Of a stretch of DNA of 64,000 nucleotides, positions 18,671-29,213 are shown piece after piece. Both the position numbers and the translations under genes were made by a program. Within the stretch, counting starts at the first letter, position 1. Every line of letters starts with the position of its first letter. Below the pieces are notes generated by a model. That model saw only the letters and a list, made by a program, of their open reading frames with translations. It was not told the origin of the DNA and ran no database searches. The stretch is from an uncultured Candidatus Saccharibacteria bacterium. GTDB lineage: Bacteria; Patescibacteriota; Minisyncoccia; Phycocordibacterales; PALSA-1337. The stretch is taken from NCBI GenBank assembly GCA_964459225.1, contig CAYWKB010000001.1:32356-96355 (forward strand), written 5' to 3'.

Positions 18671-20288
18671 ATTGAAATAATCCACGAGCAGCTTCCGCTA
18701 CCCGTGCCTTGTTACGACTTACTCCCTGTCATTGAGCTTACCTTAGGCCACGACAAGCGTAGACTTCGGGTATTCCCAACTCCCTTGAGTTGACGGGCGG
18801 TGAGTACAAGACTTGAGAACGTATTCACCGCAGTATAGCTGACCTGCGATTACTAGCAATTCCAACTTCATGAGGTCGAGTTGCAGACCTCAATCCGAAC
18901 TGGGGATAGCTTTATAAGGATTTGCTCCATCTTTCGACTTTGCGTCCTGTTGTACTATCCATTGTATCACGTGTGTAGCCCAGGGTATAAGGGACATGCT
19001 GACCTGGCGTCATCCTCACCTTCCTCCCACGACGCAGCAAACAATTTTACAGAGGTTAGGAAAAATTGGTTCACATCACTTGCGTGCGTAGTAACTTTTT
19101 ATATCTCTTACGAGCTATAAAAAGTTCTCCGCACCGGATGTTCACTCAATTTTTCATCATCTCAACAAAATTCCGCACTGTGTCGTGGGCAGTCTCGCCT
19201 GACAAATATAACAGACAACGAGGGTTGCGTTCGTTACCCCACTGAAGGGAACAACTCAAGCCACGAACTGACGACGGCCATGCATCACCTGACTAACTGT
19301 CTTGCGACGCCAAAAGTTTCTTCTTGGCTTCAGCTAGATTAAACCCTGGTAAGGTTCTTCGTTTATCATCGAATTAAACCACATGATCCACTGCTTGTGC
19401 AAGTCCCCGTCTATTCCTTTGAGTTTTAACCTTGCGGTCGTACTACCCAGGCGCTTCTCTTAACGCGTTAGCTACGCCACTCAGAGGGTCGATACTCCGA
19501 ATAGCTAGAGAAGATCGTTTAGGGCGTGGACTACTGGGGTATCTAATCCCATTCGCGACCCACGCTTTCTTGTTTCAGTGTCAGGAGTGCTCTAGTCTGC
19601 TGCCTTCGCTTTTGGTGTTCCCCATAATATCAACGCATTTTACCGCTACACTATGAGTTCCGCAGACCTCTCGCATCCTCTAGTCATACCGTTTCCCTTG
19701 CATGCCCCCGGTTAAGCCGAAGAATTTAACAAGAGACTAATATAACCACCTACACAACCTTTACGCCCAATGATTCCGGATAACGCTTGAGGCACTCGTA
19801 TTACCGCTGCTGCTGGCACGAGTTTAGCAACCTCTTATTCGCCAAGTACTATCAATAAACTTTCTCCCTGGCAAAAGAACTTTACATGCCTAAGCACTTC
19901 ATCGTTCACGCGGCGTCGCTCCGTCAGACTTTCGTCCATTGCGGAAGATTCTCGACTGCGGCCACCCGTAGGTGTATGGACCGTGTCTCAGTTCCATCGG
20001 TGGGGGTCACCCTCTCAGGTCCCCTAGGCGTCATAGCCTTGGTGAGCTTTTACCTCACCAACTAGCTGATACCGAGCAGGCTCATCTTGAAGCGATAAAT
20101 CTTTAGTCTTTCGACACCATCAAGTATTAACTCATCTTTCGATGAGGTATTCCTGACTTCAAGGTTGATACCTACTTATTACTACCTCGTCTGCCACTGA
20201 CTATATATTGCTATACAGCCCGTTTGACTTGCATGCCTTATCCACGCCGCCAGCGTTCATCCTGAGCTAGGATCAAACTCTTAACTAA
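18671..20288 (-). rRNA. rrs: 16S rRNA (with ~150-nt insertion; non-canonical 3' tail)
   Basis: AGAGTTTGATCCTAGCTCAG near 20281, GTGCCAGCAGCAGCGGTAA, ATTAGATACCC, AAGTCGTAACAAGG; ends approximate. Confidence 0.97.
19031..19184 (-). other. Long hairpin insertion (IVS/expansion segment) in 16S helix 40
   Basis: Replaces the short loop between CCTTCCTCC and GGCAGTCTC; nested inverted repeats CCCACGAC/GTCGTGGG, AAAAATTG/CAATTTTT, AACTTTTTATA/TATAAAAAGTT. Confidence 0.85.
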
Positions 20289-20535
20289 AATGAACGGAAC
20301 AAAATAGAAAACAGTAATACTTAAATTATAGCTTTTATCTTGATCTTGTTTTAGATGATATAGAGTTCAAACTTCGCTCCCGTTAATGTGAATAAATTAA
20401 CTTGGAATCATTTTAAAATAAACATTAAACTTGCACGCATTCAATATCATTTGAATTCGAATACGTTCTTTAATGCACAACTTACTAAATTGTCGAAAAA
20501 CTCATTAAATTCGCCTTACTTAAGGCGTAGGTAGT

Positions 20536-20563
20536 ATTCTACTCGAAGTAATTTTAAAGTCAA
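20536..20563 (-). promoter_or_regulatory. 16S promoter
   Basis: TTGACT-N16-TAGAAT on minus strand; boxA-like GTTTTTCGACAATT at 20488-20501. Confidence 0.65.
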
Positions 20564-20585
20564 GCGAAAATGTATATTTATACCA

Positions 20586-20801
20586 TTAAGCAATCAATCC
20601 CTGCTCTTTCAACAATTTCAAAGCCTCTTCAGCTTTTTCTTTTGAAACATAAATATGTTGTGATGTTGCTGCAGTTGTTGTACCTTTCCATAACAGAGAA
20701 TCCACTGCTGGAGCATATGTTGCATGTATTCCTACACCATCCAAATAACCAACTATAATTTGCGCATTTACAATTCCTGAAGCTGTAACGATTTGTTTCA
20801 T
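20586..20801 (-). CDS. DUF2007-like small protein
   Basis: AQIIVGYLDGVGIHA...IYVSKEKAEEALKLL pattern. Confidence 0.7.
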   Translation of the reverse strand: MKQIVTASGIVNAQIIVGYLDGVGIHATYAPAVDSLLWKGTTTAATSQHIYVSKEKAEEALKLLKEQGLIA

Positions 20802-21319
20802 TACTTTAATTTATTTTTAAGTAAACTTATTATACTATAAAAATAATCTTTAGTTCTTGATTTTTTATTCTCTTCTTTAATAAAAAGATGCACTGGTATG
20901 ATAATATTTGCCAACAGTATTAATATTGCTATAAATATTACTATACTATAGATAGGATGAATAATTATTGAAAGTGGATACTTTAATATACCCCAAAAGG
21001 ATAGTCCTAAAAATAAGGATGGATAAAATGAATGATAGATCAAATATAACACATAAAACCAGGCACTCTTAATTTTATAAGCAAACAAAATCAGTTGAAT
21101 TGTAATCAAGGACATAAATAATTCAAATCCGACGAAAAAATATATAAAATAAGATAAGGGTGAATCATCTATATCAGCCGAGATCACATCTGCCGGTGTA
21201 TTCAAATAACCAAAAGTAGTGTTGTAAACACCGTAACAAATAACTAAAATAATATGTAGGGTTGTAATAATAAATATTATATTAATTATACTATTTAATT
21301 TTGGACTAATTTTATTCAT
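20801..21319 (-). CDS. Hypothetical membrane protein
   Basis: Four hydrophobic segments; 1-bp overlap with next gene. Confidence 0.65.
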   Translation of the reverse strand: MNKISPKLNSIINIIFIITTLHIILVICYGVYNTTFGYLNTPADVISADIDDSPLSYFIYFFVGFELFMSLITIQLILFAYKIKSAWFYVLYLIYHSFYPSLFLGLSFWGILKYPLSIIIHPIYSIVIFIAILILLANIIIPVHLFIKEENKKSRTKDYFYSIISLLKNKLK

Positions 21320-21323
21320 AGTA

Positions 21324-22232
21324 TCATTTCTTTTTTCCCTTATTTTTTTCCTGCCATTTCCATATTGTTACAAGTAATGGTGAGCCTAGGAACACTGATG
21401 AATATGTTCCTGCAACTATACCGATTATGAGCGCCAAAGAAAAATGTTGTGTTGACTCACCACCAACAAAATAAAGTACAATTAGAGCCAATAATGTAGT
21501 TAATGAGGTATTTATTGATCTTGTGAATGTCTGACTAATACTTTCCCCTACAATTTGGTCAAATGGCTTCTTTGAATTACCTTCTTTTAGATTTTCTCTT
21601 ACTCTATCGAATACAACTATTGTATCGTGAACTGAAAAGCCTAGAACTACTAGAAGTGCGGTAACAAAGAGAGTATCTACTTCATATCCCTTATAATGTC
21701 CTAATATTGAAAATGCTCCTGTAGGTATTATCACATCGTGAATTAGTGCAATGATAGCTACAAAGCCATATTTCCATGAAGAAATCGGCAAAGACACATG
21801 TCTAAAGGCATAAGCAATAAACAAAACGATAGCTAATATTACAAAGACAATTGATGTTAGAGACTTAATCAATGCTTCAGTTCCTAGTATAGGACCTATT
21901 GAATCAAATCTTTTTTCGTTTATTGAAACTTTACCGTATTCACCTATTACACTTATTAATTTATTTTTTTCACTTTGATCAATAGATTTCATCTTGATTA
22001 TATAGCCCTTTTCCCCTGTTGCTCTTATTGAAGCATCATAATTTAAAGGTGAAATCATTGAAGATAGTGCTGATTGTTCTGGTCTTGCATCTGTATATTC
22101 GATTTCAAGTATTGATCCACCCTTAAAATCTATACCAGGATTTAAGCCCCACTTTGCCACAGCAATTCCAGATACAATAACGAGTATCGCTGATAATGTG
22201 TAGAAAAGTTTTCTGTATTTTACGACAAACAT
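21324..22232 (-). CDS. secF: Protein translocase subunit SecF
   Basis: GIDFKGG, IGP, HD, GFSVHDTIVVFDRVRE, RSINTS, GTYSS. Confidence 0.97.
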   Translation of the reverse strand: MFVVKYRKLFYTLSAILVIVSGIAVAKWGLNPGIDFKGGSILEIEYTDARPEQSALSSMISPLNYDASIRATGEKGYIIKMKSIDQSEKNKLISVIGEYGKVSINEKRFDSIGPILGTEALIKSLTSIVFVILAIVLFIAYAFRHVSLPISSWKYGFVAIIALIHDVIIPTGAFSILGHYKGYEVDTLFVTALLVVLGFSVHDTIVVFDRVRENLKEGNSKKPFDQIVGESISQTFTRSINTSLTTLLALIVLYFVGGESTQHFSLALIIGIVAGTYSSVFLGSPLLVTIWKWQEKNKGKKK

Positions 22233-22233
22233 A

Positions 22234-23622
22234 TTATTTATTTAAATTATTAGTAATTGTTCTAGTAAATCCGTTACTTACCAAAAATGTTGATATTTTA
22301 TTGGTCTTTTTTGGTGCTACAGAGTATAAGAATACTCTAGAAGCAGTAATAGCTGTAAACATACTTACAAGCACTCCGATTAGGAATACTAGTGCAAATC
22401 CAGTAATTACTGATGTACTACCAAAATAATAGAGAATTAAGCCCGTAATAATACTTGATGTATTTGAATCACGTATTGAAAGCCATGCTCTAGCAAAGCC
22501 TTCGTGCATCGCTTCACTTATTCCCTTTCCTCTTCTTAATTCCTCTTTCATTCTTTCAAAGATAAGCACATTTGCATCCACCGCCATTCCGATTGAAAGT
22601 ATAAACCCTGCTATTCCTGCAGCCGTTAGAGTAACTGGTAGCATTTTAAATACAAACAACATTATAAGTGTATAAACAGCAAGTGATACAACAGCAATAA
22701 AGCCAGGTAGTCTGTACCAGATTATCAAAAATATACCTATAACAATTAGTGATATTACTCCAGCTCTAATTCCCCCATTTAAAGCACTTTGTCCAAGTGA
22801 TGCTCCCACAGTTTGAGTTGAAATTAATTCGATAGGTACTGGCAATGCACCGTAATTTAGATTTCTTACTAATAACTTTGCCTCATCAATATTAAAGGCA
22901 CCAGATATAACCGCCTTACCATCTCTTATTTCATCCCTGACAGTTGGTAATGATATAGGACTTCCATCTAAGAATATTCCTACAATATTACCCACATTTT
23001 CCTTTGTGACTTTTGCAAACAAATTTCTACCTTCTGAATTAAAACTTAATGATACTGAAGGCTCACCCGTTGTTTGATTGAATTCGAGTGTTGCTCTTTC
23101 AAGCATTCTACCTGTAATGCCAGTTGGCTTAAACAATTTCATCATTTCCTTTGTCTTTTCCTCATCAGTAGCACTACTATCTTTATATTTCGTATTAAAC
23201 GCTTCTGAATCTTCTTTATTTAAAACCTGAAATTCAAGAACTGGTGTCTGACCTATCATACTTATTGCCTCATCAATGTTTGTAACACCAGGTAATTCGA
23301 CTATAAGCTTTTCTTGAGCTTCTTTTGTACCAAGAACACCCGCTTGTTCAACTTGCACAATTGGTTCACTTACACCAAAAACATTCACTCTTTTTTCAAT
23401 AACATCTCTTAATGCCTGCATTGAAACCCTAACCTCAGAAGAGGCTATCTTTGAAACATCAGCTTTATACACCAAATGTGTACCGCCATTTAAATCCAAT
23501 CCTAGTTTAAAGGGTCTACTTAGATTTGATTCTGTATTAACTATTTGTGAATAATATGTAAACCAACCAATGACTAATGAAATAATAATCAGAAATACGG
23601 CAATAATTCTTGTTTTAAGCAT
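22234..23622 (-). CDS. secD: Protein translocase subunit SecD
   Basis: LGLDLNGG, GVSEP, VELPG, GALP, GMAVDANVLIFER. Confidence 0.97.
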   Translation of the reverse strand: MLKTRIIAVFLIIISLVIGWFTYYSQIVNTESNLSRPFKLGLDLNGGTHLVYKADVSKIASSEVRVSMQALRDVIEKRVNVFGVSEPIVQVEQAGVLGTKEAQEKLIVELPGVTNIDEAISMIGQTPVLEFQVLNKEDSEAFNTKYKDSSATDEEKTKEMMKLFKPTGITGRMLERATLEFNQTTGEPSVSLSFNSEGRNLFAKVTKENVGNIVGIFLDGSPISLPTVRDEIRDGKAVISGAFNIDEAKLLVRNLNYGALPVPIELISTQTVGASLGQSALNGGIRAGVISLIVIGIFLIIWYRLPGFIAVVSLAVYTLIMLFVFKMLPVTLTAAGIAGFILSIGMAVDANVLIFERMKEELRRGKGISEAMHEGFARAWLSIRDSNTSSIITGLILYYFGSTSVITGFALVFLIGVLVSMFTAITASRVFLYSVAPKKTNKISTFLVSNGFTRTITNNLNK

Positions 23623-23667
23623 AATAGGTCTATTATAGAGATTTAATTGCTTTTTGCAATAATAAAG

Positions 23668-25029
23668 CTATCTACCGACAAATGTAACAAGTACTTTTAA
23701 TGTTCTAAGTGCAATCTTTAAATCAAGGGAAAGTGATCTATGTTTAATATAATAAAGGTCATAAGATAGCTTATTTGCTGTCTCGACTATATCTATACCA
23801 TGATGAGGATGCATTTCATGATAAATTTGTGCCCAACCAGAAAGTCCAGGTTTAATACTATGACGAATAGTGTAATTTGGTATTTGTTCAGTGTATTTAT
23901 TTACTGCATCTCTGAATTCTGGTCTAGGGCCAATGAGTGATATATCACCTTTAATAACATTCCATAATTGTGGTAGTTCATCTATTCTTGTTTTTCTTAA
24001 AAATGAACCAACAACTGTGACTTTATTTTCCTTTTGACCCCATTTACCATCATCATTTGCTATATTCATAGTTCTGAACTTAACAATATTTATCATTTTA
24101 TCGTATTGTCCTACTCTAGTTTGATAGCTGAATATTTCACCATCATCCTCAATTTTAATTGCAATGATAACAAACGGATAAATAACAAGCGAAATAATAC
24201 CCAAAACAGAGGCAATAATAATATCCATTAGCCTTTTAATACCATCATAAACGAGCTTTGGTGCCATTGATGACATATGTTCAATAAACCAAGTATTACC
24301 AATCATTGAAACTGGTATACGATCAAAAATATTTTCATATATTTTACCTATTCCATAAAACAAAACGCCTTGTAGAGCAATTCCATAAAGTGAAGGAATA
24401 ATCGCACTTACCCTTTTATCATTCGTATCTAGAACAACTAAACTTATATCATATTGTGAAATTGTGCTTTTAATTTCCTTTAATAATTCCTGACTATTAT
24501 CATTTGGTATAATTGTTTTAATAAAATTAATATCATATCTAGAATTACTATTAACTTCATTTTCTAATTCTTTTGACTCATTTGTATTTGCTATCAAAAT
24601 GGCTTTTTGAACCTTATCCCCTTTTTTATCTGAACTAAATTTATAAACAAAAAATATTCTCCAACAATAAATCAGAATGAGTGATAGTACTAAGAAAAGA
24701 AATAGAACAAATTTAGGGGCAATAGAAAAATTTGGAATAAAATAAAAGAAAGCGATACCAACAATAGTATTTACTAATTGTACATTTAGTAGTGTTAGGG
24801 GTAATTTATTTCTTAATAAAATAGTATGCTTTTCGTATAAACCTGCAATAAAATACACCAAGATAAATGCAATAAACAAAATTGAAAAAGGAATGATATG
24901 TAGCTCTAAAAGATTTAGAGAAGGAAATTCACCATATCTAAGTACCAAGGTCAGTACAAGTGACGCTAATAACACCAATATATCCCCAATAAACAGTATT
25001 ATATGGTCTTTTCGGTGAAATCTATTCAT
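23668..25029 (-). CDS. Polyprenyl glycosylphosphotransferase (sugar transferase)
   Basis: KRLMDI, KFRTM, RKTRIDELPQLWNV, GPRPE, KPGLSGWAQ, YDLYY. Confidence 0.92.
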   Translation of the reverse strand: MNRFHRKDHIILFIGDILVLLASLVLTLVLRYGEFPSLNLLELHIIPFSILFIAFILVYFIAGLYEKHTILLRNKLPLTLLNVQLVNTIVGIAFFYFIPNFSIAPKFVLFLFLVLSLILIYCWRIFFVYKFSSDKKGDKVQKAILIANTNESKELENEVNSNSRYDINFIKTIIPNDNSQELLKEIKSTISQYDISLVVLDTNDKRVSAIIPSLYGIALQGVLFYGIGKIYENIFDRIPVSMIGNTWFIEHMSSMAPKLVYDGIKRLMDIIIASVLGIISLVIYPFVIIAIKIEDDGEIFSYQTRVGQYDKMINIVKFRTMNIANDDGKWGQKENKVTVVGSFLRKTRIDELPQLWNVIKGDISLIGPRPEFRDAVNKYTEQIPNYTIRHSIKPGLSGWAQIYHEMHPHHGIDIVETANKLSYDLYYIKHRSLSLDLKIALRTLKVLVTFVGR

Positions 25030-25075
25030 ATGCGATATAATACACAAAAATCAAGAAAAATGGTACTCTTTTAGT

Positions 25076-26245
25076 ATGAAGGTGCTTTTACTTATCACCA
25101 AATCAAATATGGGTGGCGCACAGAGATATGTATACGATATCGCCACAAATTTACCTAAAGACATCTATGAAGTAGAGGTTATGGCGGGAGGTAATGGGCC
25201 ACTTATTGAAAGCCTGCAATCCGCTGGAATAAAAGCTTCAGGAAATTTACCTGTAGGTAGAGATATAAATCTCATTCAAGATATAAAATCTTTTTTTGAA
25301 TTATTTAAAATAATAAGAGAAAAAAAGCCAGATGTATTACATGTAAATAGTTCTAAAATAGGCGGCATCGGAGCATTTATTGGTAGATTACTTGGAATTA
25401 AAAACATAATATTTACCGCTCATGGTTTTGCATTCAATGAAGACAGAAGTCGTCTTTCTAAATTAATTATTAAGTTCTTCCATTGGTTAACTATTTTCCT
25501 TTCTCATAAAACTATATTAGTTTCAGAAGCCTTAAAATATCAAATAGCAGATTGGCCATACATAGAAGGCAAATTATATGTAATTCGTAATGGTTTAGAT
25601 AGCAAAGCAGTATATTCTAAAATAAATGCTAGGTATGAATTAGGGAAAATCAATAAAGACTTTGATAAAATAATTAAAGAAAATAAAAACACAATTATAA
25701 TAGGCAGTGTCGGTGAATTGCATCACATAAAAGGCTATGAATACGCTATTAGAGCTATTTCAAACTTAATAAAAGATATTAGAAAGAGTAGCCCCGATAA
25801 AAAAATAATCTATACAATATTTGGTGAAGGTGAAGACAGAATTAACATAGAAAAAGAAATACATTATCAAGAATTAAAAGACTCAGTAATATTATTTGGT
25901 AATATCAAAGACGCATTTCAATATATGAAGGCATTTGATATTTACCTTATGCCATCCATATCAGAAGGATTACCATATGCCCTTCTTGAGGCGGGTATTG
26001 TTGGTCTTCCGGTTGTTGCTAGTGCAGTAGGTGGAATACCTGAAGTTGTGGAGGATATGAAAACTGGTGTATTAATACAATCTAAAAAACCAAAAGAAAT
26101 TCAGCATGCATTAGAATTCTACATATCACACAAAAAGATTCAGGGTGATCATGCAAAATTGTTAATGACTAATATTCAGAACAATTTTTCTATTTCAAAA
26201 ATGCTTGAAAATACAATCAAAGTATACAATACTAAGCACCAATAA
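25076..26245 (+). CDS. Glycosyltransferase family 4
   Basis: GGAQRY, FTAHG, IKG, PSISEGLPYALLEA, VGGIPE. Confidence 0.92.
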   Translation: MKVLLLITKSNMGGAQRYVYDIATNLPKDIYEVEVMAGGNGPLIESLQSAGIKASGNLPVGRDINLIQDIKSFFELFKIIREKKPDVLHVNSSKIGGIGAFIGRLLGIKNIIFTAHGFAFNEDRSRLSKLIIKFFHWLTIFLSHKTILVSEALKYQIADWPYIEGKLYVIRNGLDSKAVYSKINARYELGKINKDFDKIIKENKNTIIIGSVGELHHIKGYEYAIRAISNLIKDIRKSSPDKKIIYTIFGEGEDRINIEKEIHYQELKDSVILFGNIKDAFQYMKAFDIYLMPSISEGLPYALLEAGIVGLPVVASAVGGIPEVVEDMKTGVLIQSKKPKEIQHALEFYISHKKIQGDHAKLLMTNIQNNFSISKMLENTIKVYNTKHQ

Positions 26246-27395
26246 ATTCATTTTTCATATCGTCTTTATGGGCTGTTCTTCTATATCTTCTCATACCCAT
26301 TAATATTCCGAGTCCAGTGAATTCTGTTAGTAAATGCGTACCACCATAACTCAAAAAAGGTAGCGTGGTTCCAGTAACAGGAAGCAATTGAATATTCATA
26401 CCAATATTAATAAAAAAGTGCACAACAATAAGTATCGCAACACCTGTACCAAATAATATTTCAAAATTCGAATCTCCTCTCATGCTGTTTCGTACTATTC
26501 TCCATATAACTATACCGAAAAGTGAAAATACAATAATCACTCCGATAAATCCCCATTCTTCTGCAAATGCTGCAAAAATAAAGTCAGTTTGATATTCAGG
26601 TAGGAATTTTAATCTAGACTGTGTGCCATATCCAACACCCTTGCCCCATATTTGCCCTGACCCCACCGCAATTGTCGATTGATAGGCATTATAGCCAGTA
26701 CCATGTATATCTGCCATAGGATTTATGAAGTTCAATATTCTATTTTTCTGATATTCCTTGAAGCCAAAATTCCATAGCCCTATAAACATCATAATTCCCA
26801 GCAAAATCATACCTAAAAGATGTTTTTTGGATAAACCCGATACGAATATCATTCCTAGCCATATAAAAAATATTATAATTGCAGAACCAAAGTCAGGCTG
26901 TATCAATACCAAAAGGAAAATCGTAAATGCATATATACCAGATATAAATATATGTTTTAAATCAGCAATTTCTATATGTCTTCTTGAAAAATACTTTGCT
27001 AAAATGATTATCACAACAAGCTTAATTGGGTCTGATGGCTGAAATGACAGTAGTCCAAAATCAAACCACGATATCGCTCCTTTTGTTACTTTTGCAACAA
27101 AAAATAGCAGCACAAGAAGGAAACATGATCCAAAAAAAAGAGTTACAGAAACCCATGTCTTTCTTAAAAATCTAAAATCTATAAAACTCAGACTAAAAAA
27201 TATTATAAGGGAAATACAAATCCAAATTGACTGCTTTTCAAAATAACTACCATCTCCAACAAATGAATTCATAGTGATAAGTCCAGCACCAAGTAGTGGT
27301 AAAGTAGCTAGGAAAAGTATCCAGTCTATACCCGCCTTATCACCATTATTCATTATTGAATAACTTCCAAATAGTCTTTCAAAAATATTTTTCAT
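26232..27395 (-). CDS. rodA: SEDS peptidoglycan polymerase RodA
   Basis: FQPSD, QPDFGS, YQKNRI, GSG..GKG, LPEYQTDFIF, PVTG.TLPFLSYGG. Confidence 0.92.
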   Translation of the reverse strand: MKNIFERLFGSYSIMNNGDKAGIDWILFLATLPLLGAGLITMNSFVGDGSYFEKQSIWICISLIIFFSLSFIDFRFLRKTWVSVTLFFGSCFLLVLLFFVAKVTKGAISWFDFGLLSFQPSDPIKLVVIIILAKYFSRRHIEIADLKHIFISGIYAFTIFLLVLIQPDFGSAIIIFFIWLGMIFVSGLSKKHLLGMILLGIMMFIGLWNFGFKEYQKNRILNFINPMADIHGTGYNAYQSTIAVGSGQIWGKGVGYGTQSRLKFLPEYQTDFIFAAFAEEWGFIGVIIVFSLFGIVIWRIVRNSMRGDSNFEILFGTGVAILIVVHFFINIGMNIQLLPVTGTTLPFLSYGGTHLLTEFTGLGILMGMRRYRRTAHKDDMKNEFIGA

Positions 27396-27411
27396 AATAT
27401 ATTCCTACAAA

Positions 27412-28179
27412 CTAATTAGGTATCAAATTGAGAAGCACATCTTGTCTTACAACCTGACCATTTCTCGAAACTGGCCATGTAAATACTGCTGTTTCTTTTG
27501 AATTTTTTGATATATTATCGACTTTTGTTTGTGAAAAACCGATAACATTATCATCAATATCATACAATATTACTGATACCAGTATATTTGTATATGGATA
27601 TAATGTTTTATTTTCTAATATAATTTGCAAACTTGATGTCTTATCATCCTCCTCATATTTCTTATCAATTATTGATATCCCTGCTAATTGATCATTTGAT
27701 TTAAACCATAGCGGTGAATTAATAAATTCAAAAGTAGCCGTTTTCGGAATACTATTGTTTACCTTTATTGCATTTTCAAAAGCCAATGAATCCCTATGTG
27801 GGTAAAGATTTACCTTACCCAATCTCTCAGTTATCAAAACCCCTTCTGCATCATAAAGTGAAATCTTATATGGTACTTTTATTGCACCCCCTATTATATT
27901 TGGATTTATGATATATGACGAAGCATTATATAATCCGTTTGCTAACTTTTCGAGTTTTGCTCCTCCCCATTTTATCCGTGGTGGCAAAAATGCACTTTGA
28001 CAAAGTCTTTTGCATGACCCTCCACAATCTAATCCTGTTTCGTCTCCATTTTGTTTACCATCAAAGCAAGTTGGTGCTTTATAAAAAAGCTTGAATAAAG
28101 GAACTATGATAAGTACTCCTAATAATATTATTGCTGATCCTGCATATGTTAATTTTCTTTTTGTTGACCAGGTTGCCAT
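27412..28179 (-). CDS. Hypothetical membrane-anchored protein with Cys-rich motif
   Basis: TM followed by CFDGKQNGDETGLDCGGSC; two xLYD motifs. Confidence 0.75.
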   Translation of the reverse strand: MATWSTKRKLTYAGSAIILLGVLIIVPLFKLFYKAPTCFDGKQNGDETGLDCGGSCKRLCQSAFLPPRIKWGGAKLEKLANGLYNASSYIINPNIIGGAIKVPYKISLYDAEGVLITERLGKVNLYPHRDSLAFENAIKVNNSIPKTATFEFINSPLWFKSNDQLAGISIIDKKYEEDDKTSSLQIILENKTLYPYTNILVSVILYDIDDNVIGFSQTKVDNISKNSKETAVFTWPVSRNGQVVRQDVLLNLIPN

Positions 28180-28217
28180 GGCTTAAGTATATAGTATTTG
28201 AGCTGTTTACTGTACTA

Positions 28218-28246
28218 TTGACTTTATGTACTATATATGGTATCAT
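28218..28246 (+). promoter_or_regulatory. Sigma70 promoter of orphan gene
   Basis: TTGACT-N17-TATCAT with extended -10 TG. Confidence 0.6.
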
Positions 28247-28291
28247 ATTAATAGTCAGAGGTTGGACAACTAAAACTTAAATTTAGAATGT

Positions 28292-29116
28292 ATGAGAGTC
28301 CTAATGTTCATTGTCATGGTGGTGGCGGTCGCAACAATAAACTGCACTGCGGATCCAATAGTACGAGCACCTCGCGTGAGTGAGAAGCTCAAAGAGAAAA
28401 TAGACTACTACAAAAAGGTAGCCGAGGGTCAAAAATACCCGAATCATTTTGTATCAGTCGAGGGGCAGTGGTCAAATGAGTACTCGTCTGCTCAAGAACT
28501 GCCAGACTACTTCGTAGTCAAAGCATCTAATCGTGATGGGGGGCGAATCCTAAAAATGTCCCCCATCGGGACGGTATTTGGCGGAATGTCAGTACCACCA
28601 GTATTCACGGATGTGCTAACTGGAGAAGTGTTTTTTCCTTCACTCCAGACACAAGATGTCCGCAATGGTCCATATGACTATACAAGTACCGACGGAAGAC
28701 TACTGGAAAACTATTTCCAGTACGGATCATTGGTGATCCATGGTGATGTTTACAATATTGTCATCGCCTATGCAGACACACCCCGCTATCCCACAGTCTC
28801 AATGACATGGGGAGCCGAATCAGATCTAATGCATGCCGGAACAATAATTGATACATTCGATGATGTCTCAGTTGAGGATCCGGCAACAGAAACAGAGGTC
28901 TGGTTGCATAATTCAAAAGGAGAAGTTGGTCTATCGGATGGGTTATATCTGTTGGTCTCATCACCAAAAGAAGTAGCACAACTACGAATTGAAACATCAA
29001 CCGATTTAAAAAGTTGGCGAGAAATGACAGTACAACCATATTATATATTTGGTGATGTTATTGTCTACCAAATCCCTTCGGCTAATCTAGGATTCTTTAG
29101 AGCAAAAGAGCTCTGA
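28292..29116 (+). CDS. Orphan exported protein
   Basis: Signal peptide; GC-richer codons; C-terminal IETSTDLKSW...FFRA; hairpin terminator ~29136-29176. Confidence 0.8.
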   Translation: MRVLMFIVMVVAVATINCTADPIVRAPRVSEKLKEKIDYYKKVAEGQKYPNHFVSVEGQWSNEYSSAQELPDYFVVKASNRDGGRILKMSPIGTVFGGMSVPPVFTDVLTGEVFFPSLQTQDVRNGPYDYTSTDGRLLENYFQYGSLVIHGDVYNIVIAYADTPRYPTVSMTWGAESDLMHAGTIIDTFDDVSVEDPATETEVWLHNSKGEVGLSDGLYLLVSSPKEVAQLRIETSTDLKSWREMTVQPYYIFGDVIVYQIPSANLGFFRAKEL

Positions 29117-29213
29117 GAAAGACCGGAATTAGCTCAAACAAAAAAGCGCATTGATCATTATGATCTCTGCGCTTTTCCTTTTACCTTAAACTTGACCAGG
29201 TTGCTATTTGAAT

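Noticed and set aside
18881-19656. Plus-strand ORFs inside 16S
   Set aside because: Antisense to rRNA; no protein signature
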